NCBI RefSeq assembly: GCF_009914755.1
Contig: NC_060929.1
DNA from: the human T2T-CHM13v2.0 reference genome, Homo sapiens
Strand: one strand, 5' to 3'
DNA length: 64,000 nt
In this document: piece by piece, positions 55,970 through 64,000 of the stretch
Layout of the letters: each line of letters opens with the position of its first letter
Position numbering within the stretch: the first letter of the stretch is position 1
The notes under the pieces: model-generated
What the model saw: the letters and a program-made list of their open reading frames with translations, nothing else
Told to the model about the DNA's origin: nothing
Databases searched by the model: none
Program-made: the position numbers and the translations under genes

Positions 55970-56170
55970 AAAAAGGTTTTACTGAGGTATAATTTACATA
56001 GCATAAAATGCACATATTATAAGTATACCATTAAATCATTTTTAGGAAATTTACAGAGTTGTGTGACCATCAGTACAATATAGTTTTAGAGTATTTATAA
56101 CAGCCTCAATATTTGCCTCATGCCCATAGAATCTACTTTTTTTGTCTGTACAGTTTAAGAAATTTCCATT
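55970..56170 (-). mobile_element. L1MC/ME 3'-end fragment
   Basis: ttttactgaggtataatttacata.cataaaatgcaca...tttacagagttgtg..accatca. Confidence 0.65.
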
Positions 56171-56187
56171 ATAAACTTGAGATTTAA

Positions 56188-56400
<213 letters not shown>

Positions 56401-58152
56401 TGACTCTACTCACTCATCCATTTCAGGTTTGGAAGGTGGCTTGTCCTTGGAATATAGACCACCTTGGAAGGTTATGGCTATATCTTAAAATGTGGATTTT
56501 GGAACCTGCCCTTCCAGATAGTCAAGAGAAAAAGATAGAAGGCAGGAAGCGGAAGAGAGTAATGTAACGTTCATTCTGTTTGTGCCTTTGTCATTTCCTT
56601 TGGCACACACATTTGTTTTCCAGGGAAGAATGACTGGTAGATAATAGAAGCCTTTTCTGTATTAATTTTGTCCCTGATTCCCTGTAGTAGTGAATGCTAG
56701 GGGGAAAAGGAAGGAGAACCTCAATTTCTTGAGCATCTCCTATGTCAAGGGCATGCCAGTGCTTCCTGTGTGGACTTGAGTTAAACTGAAGGAGCTGTTG
56801 TATCATATTCCACTGCTATTTATTCAGCCTCTGTTTTGAGCAGTTCTTTGAACACATGTTTAATCATATTCTGCATTTAGCATGTAAAATGTATTTTGTG
56901 ACAAATTAAACTACTTTTTATATTACAGAATTTAGAATTATAATCAACTTAATTATTTGTGCTACTGGAAAAAAATGGGACCTATGGGTAATCTAAAATG
57001 AAAACTGATATAAAAAGCATTTTTTATGAAATGAAATTTTGTAGTTATCAGAATATAGGGCATGCTGTCAACAAATTAGGAGAAAGATGCCAATGTTCAG
57101 TAGATATTGAGAAAGCTACTGTGGCAGCTGCCCAGCACAGAACAAGTTGTTAACACATAATGCCTTTGAGGAATTTAGGTTGGCCTTTTAGATACCTAAA
57201 CAGATTATTACAATGTAATATGTGTGTTTGAAAGAAATATGTACAGTGATACAGTTACTAAAGGGGGAGGGGTTTGCTTTGCTTTGTAGGTGGCTCAAAG
57301 AATTTACTTTGCTTTCAGCAAAGTCCTTTAGTAGAATAAAAACTGACATTAAATTTAAAAGAATAATAAAAATTAAGTCTGTCCATAGATTTTCTTGTAT
57401 TATCTATAATGGATAATACATTAAATATTGTGTAGGCATTGGATATTTTATTTGAAAAAATATTAACTCTTTTTTAAAAAACATTTGAATAGTATTAATA
57501 GTATTAGTACTGGTAATAATAATGCAGGCTATCCGTAGTTATTGATCTGCTTCTCCAAATAGAATTTTGAATATCTGCTTCTAAAACACACCTAATTCAC
57601 CAAGAAACTGAGGAAATAAGACCACTGGTGCTATTTTTCAGTAAGTAATATTTTATTCTCAATAGTTAAGTGAATAATTATATAATTAGTCCCAAAGATG
57701 GAAGTAAATGAGACATATTCTCAAGTGAGATTTTTCAGCCTTTTTTTTTTTTTGCAAGTGCAACAATTTAGATTGTATTTTGATTATTCTTTCCTTCTAT
57801 TCCTTCCTTTTTTCTCTTAAATGGAATATAATTTAAATTTTGCATATTCTTATTTACTTTTGCATAACTAAAAGGCACCTTATAATTTCTCTTCTCTTTT
57901 GTTCTTTCTCTGTCTTAAGACACTTAGAACCTGTGATTTTTAAGCATTTTTGAATATTTACCTATACCATATACCATCTGCATAAAATATAAACCATTTA
58001 CCTTAGACTCTGTTTATCTCAAAATCAACTCCATTGGAGTCACTGATGAGAGCAGACTTAGCCAGGACTCAGAGTTAGCTTTCAGTGTTAGAATGACTGG
58101 CTATTCAGACTTTATCAAAATCCTTCACATATAACCAACAAAGTAGTGAAAA

Positions 58153-58360
58153 ATTTTTGTTGTTGTTGAAACAGGGTCTCATCTTGTTGCCCTGGCTGGA
58201 GTGCAGTGGCAAGATCATAGCTCACTGTAGCCTTGACCTCCTAGGCTCAAGCAATCCTCCCGCCTTAGCTACCTGAGTAGGTGGGGACTACAGGCGTGTG
58301 CAACCATGCCCTGTTAATTTTTAAAAAAATTTGTAGAGATGAGGTCTCACTATGTGTTTC
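58153..58360 (-). mobile_element. 5'-truncated AluJ
   Basis: acagggtctc...gatcatagctcactgtagccttgacctcctaggctcaagcaatcctcc. Confidence 0.85.
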
Positions 58361-59899
58361 CCAGACAATGAGCAAATATTTTAAAACTATGACTGTATTG
58401 CTTCTATTTATATTTAGAGTGAAGTTGGTATGTTTGAAAAGGTGTACTTTTAGGTTTGCTAAATATTCATATTATTGTGATAGTCATCAGATTACTAACA
58501 GAAGGCCACTAAAGAATAATTGATATTTGTTGCTTTACTGTAACATCAGCATCAATGTTTTTTTCCAGAGTAATCATTAGTATTAATTAGTGAAGAAATG
58601 CCTATTCTATCAAAACTGGGTTTACTGATGGAGAGTTCAGTCACAGACACAGATCCATCACTCTTCTCTCTGTAGCTTGCTCCCCTCTTATGTGCCATAT
58701 GATCATCACAGCAATCTGTTGGAAGCTGTAACTTGAATAGCAGATTTTTTCCCTGAAAATATGATTAGCTAACATGTTATGTAATTAAAAGTATGTAGGC
58801 ATTTCAGACTGTATTCTTAGAATAGCTACAATACAGAAAAAAAAAATCCACTGCATTTTATACTTTTAAACTTCAATCTATCAGATTGATCCTTCTTTTT
58901 TCTTTACATAAATGACACAGTTAATGGAGCAAAGGATGTCTAAGCTTAAAGAAGCTCCTAAAAAATGAGAGCATTAACCCCAACTGCACTGAATTCCCTG
59001 AACGTCTTGTACTCTCCTGCTCAAACTTGAAGTGGGCATCTGCTGTTTAATGTAATTAGTTTCAAAGAGAATGTCAATCAGCCCTCAGGAGTTTACTCTG
59101 ACCCAAAAACCCTCATAAGGAAATATCAGTGAGACAAAACAAGAAAAGTTATCGCAGTTGGGAAGCTTCTTCTCACTGCATTATTTGAAGTTATGCTTTA
59201 ACAGAGTTCAGGTTGCTGTCTGACTCAGTTATATTCCAGTTGCAAAATTGTACTCAAGACAGATTGCTTTAGTGAGTAGCTATTTTCCTCTATTAGAAAT
59301 GAAGACGTAGTGGACTGTGTAAAAAAAGTCAGGAAATGTTTGCAATTTTGACATGAGTTTTTAGCACTTATTAGGATAATAGGATTTAAAAACTAAAGAC
59401 AAATTAACCTAATTTTTAGCCTGCTTTTTTCCTTATGCATTAAAAAGTTTAGTGAACAAATGAAAAAACGAAAAAGAAAAAAAGGTATAGTGAACAAGCT
59501 GTTTTTAGTTTCTCTTTTTTGTCCTTATTGAAGTTGAGATTGTAATGAGCCATAATAAAGAGGTCAGAGAGGGACTTCTTTGGGTAGCAGAGTCCATTTG
59601 ATACAAAGCGAGAGCATTACTGTTCTGTTTGGATTATTTTTCCCAAGATTTAGATGAACAATGGCTTATTTTGTGGTAACTTATAACCATATCATCTCAT
59701 GTCATGACCGTGTTTATTTATTTCCCTGTGGCATCCTCCTTGGTTGAGTCTTATGTACATAGTCAGCCACAGCATGACCTTTCACCAGAGCTTGAGAGAG
59801 GCACTGTGGATCCTGCCCTGGGCCAGAGGATGAGGGGGAACAGCTGACCATTGAAGGACCAGAAGGTGGTGAGAGAAGGACTCTTAGGAGCACTTCAGG

Positions 59900-60150
59900 G
59901 AGAGTTCAAGACCTGGATTCTCAACTCTCCTGCCCAAAAAGACACAGAGATTGTCCACTTGGTGGATCTGGGCTTGGTTTATTAGGAAGAAATGCAAGTC
60001 ATTTAACTTCTCAGAGTCAGTTTTTCCATCTGTAAAGTGCTCTTGAGCTTATCTACCTCAAAGGTAGTTGAGAGGATTAAGCGACCCATTATATGTGAGG
60101 CCACTTAGCAAGCCATAAAACGTTATGAAGATATTAGATGTTATTACTGT
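59900..60150 (+). mobile_element. MIR SINE
   Basis: gcaagtcatttaacttctc...tcagtttttccatctgtaaa...gttgagaggattaa. Confidence 0.7.
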
Positions 60151-61387
60151 TTCCTCAGCAAATCCCTTGCTTAATTTCCTATCAGTCTCTAAGTTCTTGC
60201 TTCAGCATTCATGTGAACTGGGCCTCCAGCTGCTTTGGGTCAGACACTTGTTGCGGTGGCATCTATTGCCTTCCAAAGCAGAGCATTCCATGAGGAGACT
60301 TCAGCATAAAGTTTCTCTTTATACTAAGCCAAAGTTCGCTTTCTCACTATTTAACCTTTCTTGGCCCTGATTCTGCCTCTGGAACAACCCTCATGCGTTC
60401 AGAGCCCTTTCTTTGCTGCAGAGATACAGTGATGATGAGGCGGACTCAGCCCTGCCCTCTTGGAGCTGGAGTTCAGTGGACAGAAGCCAAGTAAACCTAT
60501 CAAGGAAATAATTGCTAGCACTCTGAAGGAAACAAATAAGGGAGCAAGAAAGAGGTTATCAGAGAGTAAGAATGAGTGGAAGAGGAGCTCCAGAGGATGC
60601 TGTGATAGCCTGGTTGTCAGAGGTGAGAGAAAGGAAGCAGATGGGTGGATGTGGCTATCATTGGCAGAGATGAGGAAAGTGGACAGTGATGGGTCATAGA
60701 GAGGCAGGGTTTTTTATTGTTGTTCAAAGAAATACTGAGTTCTGCTTTGGACATTTTGAATTGCAGATGTCTGTAAGAAATTCAAGTGGAGATGTTAAAT
60801 AGGTATTTAGTTTTGATGAGTCTGGATCCCAGACAAGAAGTCTAGCCTGGAGATGTGAATTTTCACCTCATCAGCCTTAAGGTTTTAAAATCCATGGCAG
60901 TTAGTGGACTTAGGGAGAGGATGCTGGCTAAGCCTTGAAAAGTCCCAACATTTTGAGTTCAGATAGAAAAGGAAGAGGCTACAAAGGAGAGTGAGAATGT
61001 GATCTGAAACAAACCCAAAGAGTCACAGAAAAAAGAGAAGTGGGAGGGTGGTTTTCAGGGTGAGTGGTGACTGCTCAGAAGCTGAGTAAAGTGAGGTTAG
61101 AAGTGATTTAGCAACTCAAAAGCAACCTGTGGCCATGGCAAGCTGAGGATGGTGGAAGCCGAAGCCAATTTGCAGAGCATGAAAGAGTGAATGAACTGGA
61201 GATAAGAAAGGGAAACAGCATCGGTTGAACACTCTTGAAAACTTTTGCCATGAAGAGCAGAGAAATGGGCTATAGCCTCTAAGGGATTTTTTTTTCCTGT
61301 TGTTTTATAGTGAGAGTGCATGTTTATGTGCTGATAGGAATGATTCAGCAGAGATGGAAAGGTGAAGAGACAGATAGGTAAATGCAT

Positions 61388-61438
61388 GGGTGGGTGGGTG
61401 GGTGGGTGGATGGATGGATGGATGGAGGGATGGATGGG
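61388..61438 (+). repeat. (GGGT)5 followed by (GGAT)n microsatellite
   Basis: gggtgggtgggtgggtgggtggatggatggatggatgg. Confidence 0.95.
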
Positions 61439-61782
61439 ACTAGTGAATAACTAGGAGAAAGAAGAGCAAAATAACTAAAGAAATGAATATTTGAGAAAGT
61501 CAAGGAGTGGATTGAGAGCCAGAGCAGAGATATAGGAATTGGCTTCTGATGGAAGGAGGGACGTTTTCTCCGCTATAGCAGGAGGAGGAGAAGATCGATG
61601 GAAGTGCAGTATAGGTAGAGTTGTTGGGATAAAGATGAGGAGGATCAAGCCAGGTGGCTTCTGCATTCTCTGAAGTGTGAAGCGTGGTTATCAGCTGGGA
61701 GAGAGGGTGGAGGAAGGGATGAGGGAGATAAAAGGAGAAGAGGATAAGTTTTGAAAATGGGTAAAGGCTGATTCTTCTAGAG

Positions 61783-61968
61783 CAATAGTTTTCGAGTGTG
61801 GTTCCTGGATCAGTAGCTTCGGCATCACCTAGAAACTTGGTAACTTATTTGAAATGAAAATTCTTAGGCCCCACCCAAGACCAGCTAGATCAGAAACTCT
61901 CTGGGTTGGACCAAGCAAACTGTTTTAACAAGCCCTCTAGGCGATTCTGATTAATTTGAGAACTACTG
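61783..61968. mobile_element. MER5A hAT MITE
   Basis: caatagttttc...ggcatcacct.gaaactt...ttttaacaagccctc...tttgagaactactg; perfect 8-bp TSD ttctagag on both sides. Confidence 0.88.
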
Positions 61969-63684
61969 TTCTAGAGAAAAGTAACAAGATTTCTGGACAA
62001 TATTTTGAGGATAAGAGCTTAAATTTAAAGTGAAACCAGTCTTTTTTGTATTCTGTGATTTTTCTCAGTGTTTAGCAGCTTGGGTAGAGGCATGAATGAG
62101 AGATTGCTGGGATTCAGCCAGAACTGAGCTGTCCCGAGTACAGCAGAGGGAGAGAGGCTGATGGGTTTGGAGGTGGTTCAGGGGACTGATTCTGATGGTA
62201 GATCACAGCTCCTTAAGCTGGACAAGAGGGCAGAAAATTTAGAGGGGGCTAATGGGAGTCAGAAAGTACTGGGTCAGTAGATTGGAAGTCTCGCCAATAG
62301 TAGCGGGGCAACACCATTGCACAGAAGGCCTTTATTGGAACTTATTGGCCCACAGAGATAGTGCTTTTTGAGATCTGAATAAATGAGTTTGCATACCAAG
62401 TCTATAGAACAAATACTTTCTTTGGCCTGTGTGCATGCATTAAGGGGCTAGGAAGTTACAACACAAGTGGATTACATATAAAATACAAGCTTTTTAAAGA
62501 GAAGTTAATCATAATGTAAATAAAACCATGTAAGAAAATGTTCTCTTTCTTTAAATTATTCAGGAAAAAGGAGCATGCCTGTCAGGTGTTCCCAGGTACT
62601 TCCCTGCCCCCCTTTCCAGGACACGGTTGGAACAGACTGAGGTGAGGGTGGTTGAGTAGACCACTGCCTGGTACAGTTTGTCTGGCCAACTGGAGTGGTT
62701 AAATAGGCCTGACAAGCTATCTAGGTTGTTGGTTTATCTGTTGTTTTTAGGAGTACCTTTGTGTCTCCTGAGCTTCTGCCCAGCCCCAGTGATGTCTGGC
62801 TCCTTAGTCGGGGGTGTACTAGGGATAACCATAGGCAGGGAGGAGAAGTGAATTCAAAAACTTGATCCTGAGATACCAGAGGCACATCGTCCAGCTTTTT
62901 ATTTTTTAATTAAATTAGTATATCTCCCTCAAACTCAGCTAAGAACTTCAAGATAGGAAACGTTTGCTCAAAGATGTATGTAGACATTTTAACTTGCTAG
63001 AATATTAGTGTAAATTCTTGCTATCCCCCTTTAATTGCTCTTAATGGAAGGCTGTTAAATCATCATAAAATTTGTGATTAAAAAGACCTATTAAAGTAGA
63101 ATTGTATTTTTTTTCCACCAGCCAATGCTAAATTATTCCCTGTGGCTCATTCTACAATGGTTTGGCCATTTCTTTTGTAAAGTAAGTTTAACAAAACACT
63201 CCATTTCCATAGGGATACAGTCTATGATTTGTTTAAAAGACCAAATTTGGGAGGATATTTTTCTAGATAATCAGCTTACATTTTTCTTTGTTTAGGTTCA
63301 TCTCATTACCTATATTCTTGATTTCTTTACTGTCCTGTAATGGGTGTTCTTGGCACCTGCTGAGTTAGGTTTACAAACTTTTTATGTATTAGGCCTTTTC
63401 TTTTTATAGACTGTGCATGAACCTAATTGCTTTTTTATTTTTCATATGCTATTATTTGTGTTATGGACTTTTTTAAAGTAGTAAATTAAAAATAGCATAT
63501 CAACGTTATTTTTTCTTTTTTCCCCTAAGTGTTCTACCCAGTACTAAAGCAGTAAATTAAAAATAGAATATCAGAATTTCTTTTTCTTTTCTCTTTCTCT
63601 CTCTTTTTATAGCAATCATGCTACTTAGTATTCTGTTCTATGGGCCAAAAACAGGACTTTACAATCTGCAGAAGCATGAGGGCT

Positions 63685-64000
63685 CTATCAGTATGGGTTT
63701 ATGTGTTCTACCATAGATAAAAAGCCAAATCCAAGGACTTAACTAAAAGTGAGTTTTAACCTTAAGCACTCAGAAGGAAAGTGGTAGGTAGTTGTGGGTT
63801 TTGGCTCACTGGCTCAAGATTATCAGGGATTGCATTTCCTTGATTCTTTTGGCCTTTTCCTCATAATTATAAGATGACAACTAAGCTCAAAGACCATGCC
63901 CATATTCTAGCCAAGAGGAAGGAGGAAAGGGGTGGAGAAATGAGCAAAAAGATGGGGGCCACTGCAGCCTGACCAGTCACTTTAAGGAAGCTTTTTGACT
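63685..64000 (-). mobile_element. Old MLT1 (J/K-like) LTR remnant
   Basis: Weak similarity only (ggctcaagattatcaggga...aagatgac...cattctagcca..aggaagg). Confidence 0.35.

Larger units (their letters stand above)
60420..62300 (-). mobile_element. L2 LINE (long purine-rich remnant)
   Basis: ccctgccctcttggagct, gagttctgctttggacattttgaattgcagatgtctgt...caagtggagatgt motifs. Confidence 0.65.

Overview
AT-rich, CpG-depleted primate (human or great-ape-like, AluY present) intronic DNA. Two short phase-0 coding exons on the + strand (11601-11684, 20599-20703) encode part of a PX domain that I recognise as SNX24 (exons 2 and 3). The rest is intron, densely filled with Alu, L1, L2, MIR, MaLR LTRs, DNA-transposon MITEs and a 5'-truncated, dead HERV-L provirus with its MLT2A 3' LTR (45472-49621, - strand). 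Nearly all ORFs in the supplied track are repeat-derived or random. I found no evidence of a new multi-gene system. The most notable unexplained structures are a 58-bp near-perfect inverted repeat replacing the end of an LTR (3662-3802), a ~140-bp polyadenylated orphan insert inside an L1 (30787-30925), a 53-bp templated copy 1.4 kb from its partner, candidate stop-containing cassette exons in intron 3, a possible stop-free exon 2-3 circle, and repeat-poor motif-rich blocks that may be enhancers. Repeat subfamily calls come from recalled consensus sequences and their boundaries are approximate.
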